Below, piece after piece: positions 1-11,146 of a stretch of 64,000 bases of DNA. The stretch covers positions 62,001 through 126,000 of the forward strand of contig CBFFSA010000006.1 in the NCBI GenBank assembly GCA_965644495.1, written 5' to 3'. The notes beneath the pieces are model-generated. The model was not told the origin of the DNA. It saw nothing but the letters and a program-made list of their open reading frames with translations, and made no database searches. The position numbers and the translations under genes are program-made. Position 1 is the stretch's first letter, and the number at the start of each line of letters is the position of its first letter. The DNA is from Perkinsela sp. CCAP 1560/9 (lineage: Eukaryota > Protista > Euglenozoa: Kinetoplastea).

Positions 1-53
1 AGAAAGCTTCCAACGTACATTGCATCTCCTCGGAAGGCATTTCTCAATGCCTT

Positions 54-431
54 ATGGCATCCGAAATGAAGGATAACATTTGCTGTTATTTTTGCTCGAC
101 GATTGTTCCTTTCAATTGCATGTTGACCTGTGTACATCCATGTACTTTTGCGACGCATCTTTTGTGCCTATCTGACTGGTTTCAAGCTTGTCGACCCGTA
201 AAAAAGGATAGCAATAACGTTTACGAAGAAAATTTGTATGATTATTTTGTTCCAGCGCATGCCGCACCTTGCCCGCTTTGTGGCAAAACTCGGTTTTGGA
301 GTGAATACGTTGCCTTACTCAAAAGGAAATCAAGACGATGTGAGTCTCAACAATCGCAAGATGAAAAAACAAGTCTCAAATATCGAAAAAGCGAATTTCG
401 AAAACGTGTCAGAGAGATGCAGAATCTGTAG
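54..431 (+). CDS. Small Cys/His-rich protein with a RING-variant-like pattern (possibly a fragment)
   Basis: CYFC...CVHPC...HLLC..W...CPLC pattern; short ORF near the window edge. Confidence 0.35.
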   Translation: MASEMKDNICCYFCSTIVPFNCMLTCVHPCTFATHLLCLSDWFQACRPVKKDSNNVYEENLYDYFVPAHAAPCPLCGKTRFWSEYVALLKRKSRRCESQQSQDEKTSLKYRKSEFRKRVREMQNL

Positions 432-1070
432 ATTATTAATGCAACCTACTTAATTGTCATTGCTCTACCTCCCTATTTAGAGCGTTGAAACCTGTTAAGT
501 TTTACCTGGATTTTCCAGGACACCTTTTTTGGGGCGTTTTTTGGAAGGGGTATCTTGTGAAAACAACGGCGTAGAAAGCTAGTATATAGGTCCCAAACTC
601 TCAAAATACAATAGGCGAAACGATTAAAAAAACTTTAAGCCATGTTTTTCGCAAAGTTCGATTTTTTTCAGAAAATATCCGAACTTGGCGGTCCCGTCCT
701 GTTGATTCCAGGGGGGGTGTCCCCGAGTACGGGGGTGGAAAATGTGCCCCAAGACTTCGGCTACCCTTTCTGGGAGTTTATTTTGAAAAATATTTTTTTC
801 AAAAATTTGTCTTGCTTATGAACCGCATTTGAAATAGACATTAAGCCTTTCTTTCTATCTTTCGTAGATGCAGGAAGGGATTCGTAATATGCGAAGACGC
901 GTAAACTTGATGAGCGTCTTCTTCGGACGGCGATGCCTCAAAATCACCTTCTATAGAACTACATTCAGAAACAATTTCCCAAGTGGTTTCCCAACGTTTC
1001 AGCTCTTCCGAATGGCGCTTCAAGCATTCGGATGCGACAGTTTCCATGATGTCATTTTGAAGTGAAAAAA

Positions 1071-1225
1071 CCTATTTGGATATTAAAGTGCTATTTGGGT
1101 ATTAAAGTGACTATTTGGATATTAAAGTGCCTATTTGGATATTAAAGTGCTATTTGGGTATTAAAGTGCCTATTTGGATGTTAAAGTGCCTATTTGGATA
1201 TTAAAGTGCCTATTTGGATTTTAAA
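1071..1225. repeat. Tandem minisatellite, about 8 copies of a 19-20 bp unit (CCTATTTGGATATTAAAGTG)
   Basis: Head-to-tail units visible directly, with single-base variants. Confidence 0.95.
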
Positions 1226-1653
1226 CCGCAGCCCGGATCACCAAAAGTGCAAGTGCCGCAGTTTCCCACAAGAAAAACGGTATCTCCCTTATGGCATGAG
1301 AGCGTACAGGCGCATAGAAAGGTGGAGATAACGTTTTTCCTGTGGGAAGCCGCCGCACCTGCACTTTTGGCATCTCCCTATTTAACTTTAGCGTTCATTA
1401 GCCAACAAAAATATTATGGGCTCGTTTTTTGGTTCATGGAGAAAACTTTCTTAATCGAACCCCCTATTTGAAAGACCAATGTCCGAAATTGGCGCACTCT
1501 TAAGGAGGGGGAACAGTAGTTCTCTACGCTGTATACAAGACGGATTCATGACCTTCCGTCGTGCTCATCTCTTACACGTAAATGTTCAATATATTTGGTT
1601 CTTTGATGTGTCCTTTGGGACCTTCTTATCAGCTATTTTCTTGTGTTAATAAC

Positions 1654-3528
1654 ATGCCCTCCAAGCATGAGACAATGGTAAAGCGACTTAACGAGCTCGG
1701 ATATGCTTTGAAGGATGCAAAGACAGCTTTGCGGCGATGTAATTACAATTTGGAGGCAGCAACTGATCTCCTTATGAATACGACTGAATCAGAAAAACAG
1801 GGCGATACACTGAACCAGGATAGGTTGATCAGTGCCCAAAGTCACATCGATGTAGATCATGCGGCTGAAAGACATATTTTCACTTCCAATGTCGTTTCTA
1901 CATCTGGAAATATTCCGCAGAAACCTGTACGAGTTCACCCATGTATCGTACAGTATGGAGTTTGTAAATATGGGGATACATGTAAGTACGCCACAATGCC
2001 AGGAAATATATGCTTGAACTATTTACACGGAGGCTGTGCGTTTGGTTCACTGTGTCGCAATCTCCACTCTGTGCACAATACTGATTTGCTATCACTTTTC
2101 CCCGAAGAAGCTGTAACCACAAGGTGCGATGCTTATGGGGCCTTGTACATTGTGTCAGACGAAAATTCACCACGATTGGAACCTTCTATTTCAACCCCCG
2201 ATGCGGCCAAATGTCTTGCACCTCATCCATGCATTGTACAGTGTGGCGAGTGTAAATTTGGTGAAAAGTGCAAATATAGGGGCATCCCAGGGGACGTTTG
2301 TGTTTTCTGGCTAAATGGTAAATGCCGAAGTGAAAATGGAAGAACATGTCCTTATCGACACACGGCGGAAAATGCATGCATACTAGATACTGTACCCAAC
2401 GATTTAAGTTGTTCTACTGTGTCTGGTGATCAAGATACTTCGATTCAGAATCAAACCGATAACCCATCTACACGTACGGTAGGAAATACGGCATCTACAT
2501 TGCTGCATCCATGTGTTGTACAATGCGGAGCATGTAAGTTTGGGAACAAGTGCAAATACCGAGAAGTCAGCGGTGAGGTTTGTGTACACTGGCTGAACGG
2601 AAGATGTCGAAGTACACAGATGGGTGAGTGCTCATTCTTGCACACTCTCGATAAGCAGTCATCGCTGAATCCAATAAGTACCGATGATGTGGACTACGCG
2701 GCCATTTCAAATGATTTTATTCGACAGGACACAGATCCCAACCCTGCTTACGAGCATGAACGAATTGTTGCAAATGGGACTCTATCTAATTTAGAAATAG
2801 ATGAAATAAGTGGGTCCATCGGTCAGGATGAACAGAATCATCCTTGTATTGCTCAATGTGGCGGCTGCAAATTTGGCGATGCATGTACATTTCGTGATGT
2901 TCCAAACAATATATGTTTAAGATGGCTAAAAGGAAAGTGCTTCGCCTTGTCCGAAAGTTGTCCGTTTGCTCATGATGCAGAAGCTTCCTTGCTATCCTGG
3001 ATACAAGAGCAACAAATCGTGAGGCAGTCCTGTAAACAGAATTTCACTAGTAATACACTATGCGATTCAATAATGTCGGGCATCCATCCTTGCGTCACAC
3101 AATTCGGGTCATGCAAATACGGAAGCAAGTGTAAATACGCTCAGGTAGCAGATGATGTGTGTGTCCATTGGCTAAATGGCAAGTGTGCCTATGCAGGTAC
3201 GCAAAGATGTCAATATCGCCATCCTACTGAAGAAGAAAAAAGCAAGGCAAACTGGATTAGTGCAGAGACGGAAAATTTTTCACCCTTGTCACTAGAGTCC
3301 GACGTTTCCCACCTTTCACCAGAAACAGCCCCATTCGTTCCTCAAATTATATCTCGTAGGACGTCAACCAAGCAGGAGCAAGTGCGTGAGGATCGAAAAC
3401 TTGATAGCTATGCACATACAGCTATGACCAGCGAAATCGAATCTGAGGCCTCATTAGGCAGCAACGAATTCGATGACATTGGTATGGATTTGGCAGAAAT
3501 GGTGGACAACATTATTTCTTTTGACTAG
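1654..3528 (+). CDS. UBA domain plus five repeated double zinc-finger (CCCH-type) modules
   Basis: N-terminal LNELGY...AKTALRRCNYNLEAATDLL is UBA-like; five HPCxxQxGxCK(F/Y)GxxC...CxxWLxGxC...CxxxH units. ORF is open from 1582; likely start is ATG 1654. Confidence 0.8.
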   Translation: MPSKHETMVKRLNELGYALKDAKTALRRCNYNLEAATDLLMNTTESEKQGDTLNQDRLISAQSHIDVDHAAERHIFTSNVVSTSGNIPQKPVRVHPCIVQYGVCKYGDTCKYATMPGNICLNYLHGGCAFGSLCRNLHSVHNTDLLSLFPEEAVTTRCDAYGALYIVSDENSPRLEPSISTPDAAKCLAPHPCIVQCGECKFGEKCKYRGIPGDVCVFWLNGKCRSENGRTCPYRHTAENACILDTVPNDLSCSTVSGDQDTSIQNQTDNPSTRTVGNTASTLLHPCVVQCGACKFGNKCKYREVSGEVCVHWLNGRCRSTQMGECSFLHTLDKQSSLNPISTDDVDYAAISNDFIRQDTDPNPAYEHERIVANGTLSNLEIDEISGSIGQDEQNHPCIAQCGGCKFGDACTFRDVPNNICLRWLKGKCFALSESCPFAHDAEASLLSWIQEQQIVRQSCKQNFTSNTLCDSIMSGIHPCVTQFGSCKYGSKCKYAQVADDVCVHWLNGKCAYAGTQRCQYRHPTEEEKSKANWISAETENFSPLSLESDVSHLSPETAPFVPQIISRRTSTKQEQVREDRKLDSYAHTAMTSEIESEASLGSNEFDDIGMDLAEMVDNIISFD

Positions 3529-3720
3529 AGCTGTAGTAATGGCAGAAAATGTGCACCACAGAACATGGACTCCACACTTACTTGATTTCTTGCCCAAGAT
3601 TGTCATATTGTCCGAAAACCAACAAATAAAATTATTGAATTCGCGAAAAAGAGAAACAGAATGTTTTTCTGGTTACCGTTTCAGAATTTTATTCATCGTA
3701 TAAAATACTTTTGTAGTAGC

Positions 3721-4539
3721 ATGAAAAAACCACGCACTTATTCTGCTCGCGCGATATACATTAAAGAACGCTTGATGTTTCGAGAGAAATCAGTTTCATT
3801 TTCTGAATACCGCAGAACGCTTCATAACGAATTTGAAGCACTTCCAGATTTTCTCCTACAGGAATATCAGAAGAAAGCTCAAGAGTTAACACATCATGGA
3901 AAAGAGGAGTTCAAAAGACAAAAGAAATCAAAGAACTATTTTCATTTAAAAAATTGGCGAAATTTGACGGGCTATGTCCTCTATATTTCTCTTCGAGCAG
4001 GTTACTTACGCAAAATGATCAGCGACTGTAAGGAACCGAAAGCATCAAACCGAGGAAAACTATATATGCGGTACGGGTACGCCTTGTGGAAAAATGAGAA
4101 TGCAACCGTTAAAGAAAACTATAAGACGCTTGCGAGAAACATTCGCTATGGCGTTAGACATTGTATTTTTCATACTGATCCTTCTTTCATGATTGCAAAG
4201 CACGGAAAGGTTGTGCCATCCCTTTCTAAGTTCTTGGCTACTCATTTTCCAGTTCTTCGTGCTATAAAACATAGAAGATTACAGAAAAGAAAGTCATTAT
4301 CTCATGTGCCTGCTGAGCGATACGGAAAAGAAAATCTAACGAGCGTAAGAAAATTGGCGAATCAGTTAATGGAAGAACAACAGAAACGTGAAATTAAGCA
4401 GGGAGTTACTACAAGAGCGCTTCCACATCAGGTTTTCTTGGGCTACTGGACTATAGCTTCTAGAATGCTCTTCAGGAAATTGACCCGAAAGGAGCAACTA
4501 CAGTTTTGCGCCATTCGAGGTCTAATTCTGCGACCGTAG
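3721..4539 (+). CDS. Highly basic protein with degenerate HMG-box-like repeats
   Basis: PRTYSARAIYIKE...EFEALP...EYQKKA and LTGYVLYI...LWKNENATVKENYKTLA resemble HMG boxes; K/R-rich. ORF is open from 3661. Confidence 0.55.
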   Translation: MKKPRTYSARAIYIKERLMFREKSVSFSEYRRTLHNEFEALPDFLLQEYQKKAQELTHHGKEEFKRQKKSKNYFHLKNWRNLTGYVLYISLRAGYLRKMISDCKEPKASNRGKLYMRYGYALWKNENATVKENYKTLARNIRYGVRHCIFHTDPSFMIAKHGKVVPSLSKFLATHFPVLRAIKHRRLQKRKSLSHVPAERYGKENLTSVRKLANQLMEEQQKREIKQGVTTRALPHQVFLGYWTIASRMLFRKLTRKEQLQFCAIRGLILRP

Positions 4540-5259
4540 GTCATGGCTTAAGCCAAGTTTCTTCGAAATGATTTAGGAATGTACTGGATATAGTGTACGG
4601 GATATAGTGTCCTTATTTTTCGAAACTTTACGAGCTTCGAAAGTAGTCACCCGAAGTCCAGATGTTGCCGCGTATAAAATGATTTGTTGCGTGGTTCCTC
4701 GAGCGATGACCACTGCACTTGACCCTGTACTCTTCTCAATGGATGCTCGAGATATTTATGAAAGCAAAGGCACTGAGATGCCGTGCATCTCCATTATTCA
4801 GGAGCTTGCCCCCCCCCCCAAAGCCTATACCCCATCCTTGGACAGTATCTTGTATTTTGATGCAATCGAGGGGCATTCATTGATTAAATTTGCGTCCTAA
4901 CTCCAGCGGAACGAATTATTCACTGGACGTTCCAAGTGGGAAGCATCCCACTTCCGAGTGGGTTGCTGGACGAGTCACTCCTGCCCAGAGGTAAGATCGC
5001 TGTTTTAGTTTCCGGATGAGCATCGGATGAAGTGAAAGAGACTTGAAACACGAAGTGAAAGAGACTTGAACTTCACCTATGCTGTTACTTAAAGAAAATT
5101 AAAGAAAAAACAAGTAGGCACTATTTTTTTCAGGATTGTGCGTTAGAAAACAATCTGAGAAAATGATGTTAAATCTGACTGAAAGACGAAGTAAGTTTTT
5201 TACGAGTTTTATCAACTTTTAACAGCAATTCCAAAATATATATAAATGATTGCTCCAAA

Positions 5260-7530
5260 ATGTCTACAAATTTTTTCTTGGTTACAGAAGCAAAACACGA
5301 TGCAGACGTTCGTGGTGTCACTTCGCACCCGTACGCTACAGGCGCGTTTCTTACCGCTTCGCGTGATAATACTGTACGCATGTGGACGACAATGAGTGAA
5401 GGCGGGCAGTGCCTCCTGGCACACAGCCACGTGCTTCATACCCATTATGTCTCCACGGTGATATGCTTTAAAGGTACCTGGAAATATTTTGCTGCTGAAG
5501 TCAGTGCGGAGACCAAAAAAGCTCTTTGGTTTAGTGCCTCTCATGACGAAACAGTTATTGGATATGAACCAGAAAGCGAACAGCTCGAAGTATTGCTTGA
5601 TGGGCACACGGGCGCAGTATCATGTTTAGCTGCTTTAGGCGATGCAATTGTTACTGGGAGTTGGGATGGAACCGCGATAATGTGGAATTTAGATGGTTCT
5701 ATTCGCGCGACGCTGAAGGGTCACACAAGCAGTGTGTTGTGTGTCGCATACCTTCCGGAGGCACAGAACTATGGAGCGAACATGAGCTGTATTCTCACTG
5801 GATCTGGTGATAAAACCATAATTGGATGGGATATGGGAGGGGAGAAACGTCGAGTTTACACTCATCACACGGACAGCGTTCAAGGACTATGTGAAATACC
5901 TAAAATTGGGTTCGCTTCCTGTGGTAATGACGCTAAAATTATTGTTGTTACCATTAAAGGCGACGTGTTATATACTTTGCACGGACATCAAAGTTTTGTT
6001 TATGACATCTGTGTTTTACCAAATACCGGGGAGATTTGCTCTGCCTCGGAAGATCGTACACTGCGAATTTGGAAGGGCACAACTTGCACACATTCTTTTG
6101 AACATCCCAAAACTGTCTGGTGTGTGTGCGCACTTGATGATCATACAGTGATTACAGGGTGTGCGGACGGTTACGCCCGAGTGTGGAGTCGAGATATCAC
6201 GCCCGGAGAGCCAATTGACATGCAGAATAATCTGAATGTATTGCCGACCACTAACTGTACTACTAGCATGGCGTGTGAGAATCCTATCCAGCTCAGTCAG
6301 ACAGTATCCCCTACACATTTCGACGATCACGCATGCATAACAGGAACCCCATCAATGGATAACTCAGATAACACTACCTCCTACCAAATGGGTCAGCCCC
6401 AGTCAGAATCGCATTCTGTGACATACGCCTCAACTAAGATACCATATGATGGAAAATTGTACGACTATGTTTTTGATGTTGAAGTGAATGGTGTGATTTT
6501 GAAATTACCATACAATATTGGAGAAAATCCTTACGAAGTCGCCTTAGAATTTATTCATCGACACAGCAATATGGGGCTCACGCAGAACGACCTGAACGAG
6601 GTTGTGCAATGGATAACACAGCATTCCCAATATACAGGAAATGAGCATGGAAAACTTACGGACGAGAAAGCAGAGGAATCAAATAAAAAAGGAGCGTCTA
6701 CAACACTTTTAGAACCTAGTTTCTTCGTACTAACAACCTACGTTGATACGAATTTCGAAGGTATTCGGAAAAAATTACTCAATATGAATGTACCAGGCGC
6801 CGACAAACTAGTGATGCAGCTTTCGGCCTCCAATGAGGCTTCTGGTAATACTCTGGTTGAGCTATGCCAAATAATACAGTCAACTCCCATATCTTCTCAA
6901 TATCCGCTCCTAGATCTTTTGAGACATGGAATGCTTTTATTGCATAGTGAAGATAGTTCCCTGCATTCTTTAATCCTTGAGACGGTGACTACAGTACTGG
7001 ATAACCAGGAGAATGAAAACCCTTTAAGAGATCTCATATGTCTTCGAATATTGGTGAACTATCTCGCACTTATGCAAAAAGAATTTCAGTCCGAAAATTT
7101 AGCACCTATCATTCGAGATCAATTACTAAGCACAAAGCTGAGGAGAAAAAGATGTAGGTCGAATTCGTTTGCACACAGAGAGACCTTCTACCAATTACTG
7201 CGAAACGCGAGCTTCTATATTGAAGATTGGCAAGAGGCGTCTACACCTGAACGAGCAGAGGGCACTGAGCAGCTGCAAGACTTAATTAAGAGTTTCCTGA
7301 GGGTCATTACTGATTGTTTATTACGCGAAAGCAATACCGAGCTAAAAGTTATTTTATTAAAAACATTGCTTTATATTTTTGTTCCCAAAGGAGACGACCA
7401 TCAAAGCATAACTTTGGAATGTGCAAAACGAGAGCTGACTTTTGACTATATTGAGACACTTATTCGAGATCCCAGTGAATTGGTAGGCAATCTTGCAAAG
7501 GAATTGCTAAAATTTAAACAGAAGCGGTGA
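5260..7530 (+). CDS. PLAA: Phospholipase A2-activating protein / Doa1-Ufd3 homologue (WD40-PFU-PUL)
   Basis: WD40 repeats (GH...SASEDRTLRIW), then the PFU signature YDGKLYDYVFDVEV...LKLPYNIGENPY, then a helical PUL-like C-terminus. Confidence 0.92.
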   Translation: MSTNFFLVTEAKHDADVRGVTSHPYATGAFLTASRDNTVRMWTTMSEGGQCLLAHSHVLHTHYVSTVICFKGTWKYFAAEVSAETKKALWFSASHDETVIGYEPESEQLEVLLDGHTGAVSCLAALGDAIVTGSWDGTAIMWNLDGSIRATLKGHTSSVLCVAYLPEAQNYGANMSCILTGSGDKTIIGWDMGGEKRRVYTHHTDSVQGLCEIPKIGFASCGNDAKIIVVTIKGDVLYTLHGHQSFVYDICVLPNTGEICSASEDRTLRIWKGTTCTHSFEHPKTVWCVCALDDHTVITGCADGYARVWSRDITPGEPIDMQNNLNVLPTTNCTTSMACENPIQLSQTVSPTHFDDHACITGTPSMDNSDNTTSYQMGQPQSESHSVTYASTKIPYDGKLYDYVFDVEVNGVILKLPYNIGENPYEVALEFIHRHSNMGLTQNDLNEVVQWITQHSQYTGNEHGKLTDEKAEESNKKGASTTLLEPSFFVLTTYVDTNFEGIRKKLLNMNVPGADKLVMQLSASNEASGNTLVELCQIIQSTPISSQYPLLDLLRHGMLLLHSEDSSLHSLILETVTTVLDNQENENPLRDLICLRILVNYLALMQKEFQSENLAPIIRDQLLSTKLRRKRCRSNSFAHRETFYQLLRNASFYIEDWQEASTPERAEGTEQLQDLIKSFLRVITDCLLRESNTELKVILLKTLLYIFVPKGDDHQSITLECAKRELTFDYIETLIRDPSELVGNLAKELLKFKQKR

Positions 7531-7684
7531 AATTAAGATCAAGAATAGTAAGATTCTATTATTGGGTAGTTTTTTACCGCTATTCTGCTCATAAACGTTT
7601 TATGAATGCTCATTAAACATGTTTTGTTGTAAATGTTGTAATTTTGTTGTTTATAGTACACAAAATTATAAACAAATTTTATGC

Positions 7685-7966
7685 ATGGCTATTTTTGCGT
7701 GCGTGCGATGTAATTATGCATACGAATGGACAGTGAGTAATTCGTATAAACGAACAATTGCGAGTCGTATGGATCATTGCGTCAAATGCAACCGAGTTTC
7801 TCGTTTTCAAATCTTGGCCATTGGAACCATGCACGGCCGAATGTGGGACAAACCTGCAAATTTTCCTCTTGTACAAAACTCCGTATTGTGGTGGAGGAAA
7901 CAACACCTCAATGGTAAACATGTGACAGAGCCGCTTTCAGAAATCACGCCTGAAGAAACGAAATAA
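7685..7966 (+). CDS. Small zinc-ribbon protein (CxxC...CxxC), function unknown
   Basis: CVRC and CVKC pairs; same strand as neighbouring genes; in-frame ATG at 7685. Confidence 0.55.
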   Translation: MAIFACVRCNYAYEWTVSNSYKRTIASRMDHCVKCNRVSRFQILAIGTMHGRMWDKPANFPLVQNSVLWWRKQHLNGKHVTEPLSEITPEETK

Positions 7967-8143
7967 TTCTGAGACATAAGGTTAGATTTGCTTTGAGATT
8001 TTTTGATGTTTTCTCCATCTGTGGAAGCATGCTCATGTGTAGTTTGTAACCGTACGGTGTAAAGTTCGCATATTACGCGAAACGAATTAGGTAGTAGATT
8101 AATAGTAGATATTGGTACTGATCAACACTCTATGACGACATTT

Positions 8144-8184
8144 AGTTTTCCCAAACCATCTCACTTTTCTTTCCTTTTCACAAG
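8144..8184 (+). promoter_or_regulatory. Polypyrimidine tract plus AG; putative trans-splice acceptor
   Basis: TCACTTTTCTTTCCTTTTCACAAG ends 5 nt before ATG 8190 of an intronless gene. Confidence 0.45.
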
Positions 8185-8189
8185 TAAAC

Positions 8190-8990
8190 ATGCCCTCGGT
8201 CGCTACTTCGCAACCCATGTGGAACTCCCTACCCTTCGGCATCTTTGGTCATTCCAGCAACAAGAACACTCAGTCCACCTCCCTCTCTGGAGGCAAGAAA
8301 AGTAGTCAAGACCCCACTCCCGCCTCGCCTTTACTCTCGTTCGGCAAGCGTGCACTGGAAGCCGTACTCAGCAGCCCTTTCCGCTGTGCTGCCGACAACG
8401 GTAGTAAGACTAAAGAGGGCCCTTCCCCGAAAGCAACCCCGATGTCACCTGCTCCCACACGAGGGCTCACACGCGCCCCCATGACACCCAGTGTAGAGCG
8501 CACGCTGTTCCCGGAGTCCAAGCCAAGCACCAGCGCGAACCGTAAACGTGGAAGAGCCGAGGACAGCTCCGAGGGGAACTGGCCGGCTAAGGCCCCCGTG
8601 CTGCCGGCACAGAAGAAGATGCGACAGGAGAAGCCTGCGGAGGCTCCGTCGGCTGTTCCTAAACAACCTAAGGTGGCTAACGCCCCGGGGGGTAAGAAAA
8701 AAGGGACTGACAATAAAAAAGGAGTAAAGAAGACTGCGGCTGCAAAAGGTGGGAAAAAAGGTGTAGTGAAAAAGGCTCCCCTAAAAAAGAAAGCTGCTGT
8801 GTCGAAAAAAGTGGTAGTCTCGAAAAAAGTCGCGAAGAATTCCGCAGAAGGTATGAAAAGTGCTGTAGTCATGCAAGAAATGAAAAAGACGGCACAGACT
8901 GATAAGAAACAAATAAAAGGAAGAAAGGTGGGTACCAATAATGCCAAAAAAGGAAAATCATCGAGCAGCGCAAAAAGGAAAGGCATTTAA
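8190..8990 (+). CDS. Low-complexity protein with a Pro/Ser-rich N-half and a Lys/Ala-rich, histone H1-like C-half
   Basis: KKTAAAKGGKKGVVKKAPLKKKAAVSKK; SP/TP motifs. Confidence 0.7.
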   Translation: MPSVATSQPMWNSLPFGIFGHSSNKNTQSTSLSGGKKSSQDPTPASPLLSFGKRALEAVLSSPFRCAADNGSKTKEGPSPKATPMSPAPTRGLTRAPMTPSVERTLFPESKPSTSANRKRGRAEDSSEGNWPAKAPVLPAQKKMRQEKPAEAPSAVPKQPKVANAPGGKKKGTDNKKGVKKTAAAKGGKKGVVKKAPLKKKAAVSKKVVVSKKVAKNSAEGMKSAVVMQEMKKTAQTDKKQIKGRKVGTNNAKKGKSSSSAKRKGI

Positions 8991-9493
8991 ACAGAAGAAG
9001 AATCTGTAAGTGTGTATAATTCTGGATAGGGTTCATAAAATACGAATATTGATGTCCATGGAGGAGAGTAGATTTATGTTTAGCAAGTAAAAGTATTTTA
9101 GCTTTTCGAAGAAGAGGACACCTAAAAAATAGCTTGTAGTACATAGAAATAGTTGTTGAATAGAAGTTTGTAACATCTAGACCACTTTAATTTGTTCAAC
9201 TGTTGACTAAACCGAGCTGAAAACTTTTAGTAGGACGATCTAGCAATCACTGAGTGTTACCTATGAACACTTAGATACAAAGACCACGTACTCATCAAAC
9301 TCTGCAGACATTTATTCATGCGGTCGTTGCCCTTTTTGCTTTGCAAATTCCTTGATGCAAATAGCCAACTATATTGCCTTTCGCCGTGTATTTTATTATT
9401 CATGTTTTTTTCAAATTGCCTATTTTCTTTGTAGTTTTTTTGAGCGAACCAACCATGATTGCATGGATGGAGTACTGATTTGTCTTTGTTGAC

Positions 9494-10816
9494 ATGTATG
9501 AGGAGCGTAGGGAAAGCAACCCCTATATTCCACAAGAGGAATCTGGAGCGGCATTAGCGCGCCTTCTGCTCCACATCTCACTACGGGCCTGGTACTCTAC
9601 CGAAGAGTATCTCGTGGGCTATGTGCTGTGTGAACACATGCGTGGTATTGGGCACGTATCCCAGATTGCCCGTCATCTCTGCCTTGAACCCTGCACGGAT
9701 GACAACGATGTGGTGCTGACAGCGCTTCATGTCATGCACGGCTCCTATGTGGATCGTATTGCAGGAAATATTCCTACAGATAGAGAATCCTCTCTTTGGT
9801 GTTTGAACTACAAAAATATTTTCCGCACCGTTTGTACTCGGCTCCATAGCATACTAATGGCTTCGCAATCGGAGTCCTTATCTGTCTCCCCCTTCACGGG
9901 GCTTTTGACACCGTCTACAATGACGCATCCGGTCGTTCAAACTATTCGAAAGACTACGTGGGGGTGTCAACTTTGTGGGATAGAATTACCGGAGCACGAG
10001 TTACTCCACTTAGACAGAGACGCGGAGTCCAATGCATTCTTATGTCCCCAATGTCCTACCTCTGAGGATCAAGACTTACCCCTTATAACACCACCATTTG
10101 TTATTCCGTTTGGTAATGAAGAGAGCAACGATTTCTCTGTTGATTCTCAGCGTACAGAAAAAAGACCCGAACAAAAATATATGGAGACAGTGCATGCAAG
10201 CCCCAGTACGAAATGTTCACTAGATGTTTGCGATCTTGCCCGTGAAAATGCAGTTATGCGACTGCTGGCTGAAATCCTAAGCAGGGGACCCTTTTATTTA
10301 CCTGAGAGCCGGCGTCACCATCACGATTACAAACTAATTCGTACAGAAGAAGAGAATGATGAAATGAAACGTGAGCAGACGCGTCGAGATGTGCTTAAGA
10401 ATATTGTTGATCACACAAATGTATCCCAAAATGAACGTATAGCGGAACTGACTGGACACGGAGCTGCGACCCTACAAGTCGAAATTTGTCCTCTGAATTG
10501 GAATATGCCAGCAACGGGAACCAGAATAGACGTCCTATCTGATAAACCGGAGGTATCTACAGGTGCGGTAATAGTCGAAATAGGACCCCCCTCACAATCG
10601 AATAGAACGGAAAAAATGCCTCCATGGTTGTCAAAGTTTCAGAACGTAACCATTTCTCGAGCTAAGGCTTACGACGAGGGACCACAAAAATTCACAGAGA
10701 AATATTCGCTGTATCCACGTGATGTAGCTCAGTCATTACTCCACGAAATTGTGAATGGAAGGAGAACACAACCCCTGGAAGGACAAAGTGGCTATGAAGA
10801 GTACGAAGAGTACTAG
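9494..10816 (+). CDS. TFIIE alpha subunit-like protein
   Basis: N-terminal LL...LRAWY...LV helix; zinc ribbon CQLC...LLHLDRDAESNAFLCPQC; KMPPWL motif; acidic C-terminus. Confidence 0.6.
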   Translation: MYEERRESNPYIPQEESGAALARLLLHISLRAWYSTEEYLVGYVLCEHMRGIGHVSQIARHLCLEPCTDDNDVVLTALHVMHGSYVDRIAGNIPTDRESSLWCLNYKNIFRTVCTRLHSILMASQSESLSVSPFTGLLTPSTMTHPVVQTIRKTTWGCQLCGIELPEHELLHLDRDAESNAFLCPQCPTSEDQDLPLITPPFVIPFGNEESNDFSVDSQRTEKRPEQKYMETVHASPSTKCSLDVCDLARENAVMRLLAEILSRGPFYLPESRRHHHDYKLIRTEEENDEMKREQTRRDVLKNIVDHTNVSQNERIAELTGHGAATLQVEICPLNWNMPATGTRIDVLSDKPEVSTGAVIVEIGPPSQSNRTEKMPPWLSKFQNVTISRAKAYDEGPQKFTEKYSLYPRDVAQSLLHEIVNGRRTQPLEGQSGYEEYEEY

Positions 10817-11146
10817 AACTTTTTAAAACCACTTTCCATTTTATCTCTTCAATGTACAGAATAAAGATATTAGTTCTTCACCTTTGTACTGAAAGCCTAC
10901 CCTCTTGAACGGTCGCGGGCAGTGTTCAAAATGAGGTTACGCAGGAACCTACAAACCAACAGAGACTACGCCACTTCTCATACATACACTGTAACTCCTC
11001 ACTGATCTGCACGCAATTGTACACCCTACTACCCCCTTCTCAGCAACTCGATGCCCTACAAACCCACTACACTTTGTTACCCTCGTTCACTTTTCCATTT
11101 TTCCTCTATCTCATTTACTACCCTATCCCTTCCTCCCCTCTCGTCC

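Noticed and set aside
690-730. Similarity to the last 36 or so bases of the window (CCCGTCCTGTTGAT.CCAGGGGG)
   Set aside because: Probably another dispersed repeat, but it is cut by the window edge so boundaries and class cannot be determined.
4607-4900. 97-aa GTG-start ORF and a nearby 19-bp direct repeat (about 5028-5070)
   Set aside because: No recognisable motif; possibly a decayed element but cannot be assigned.
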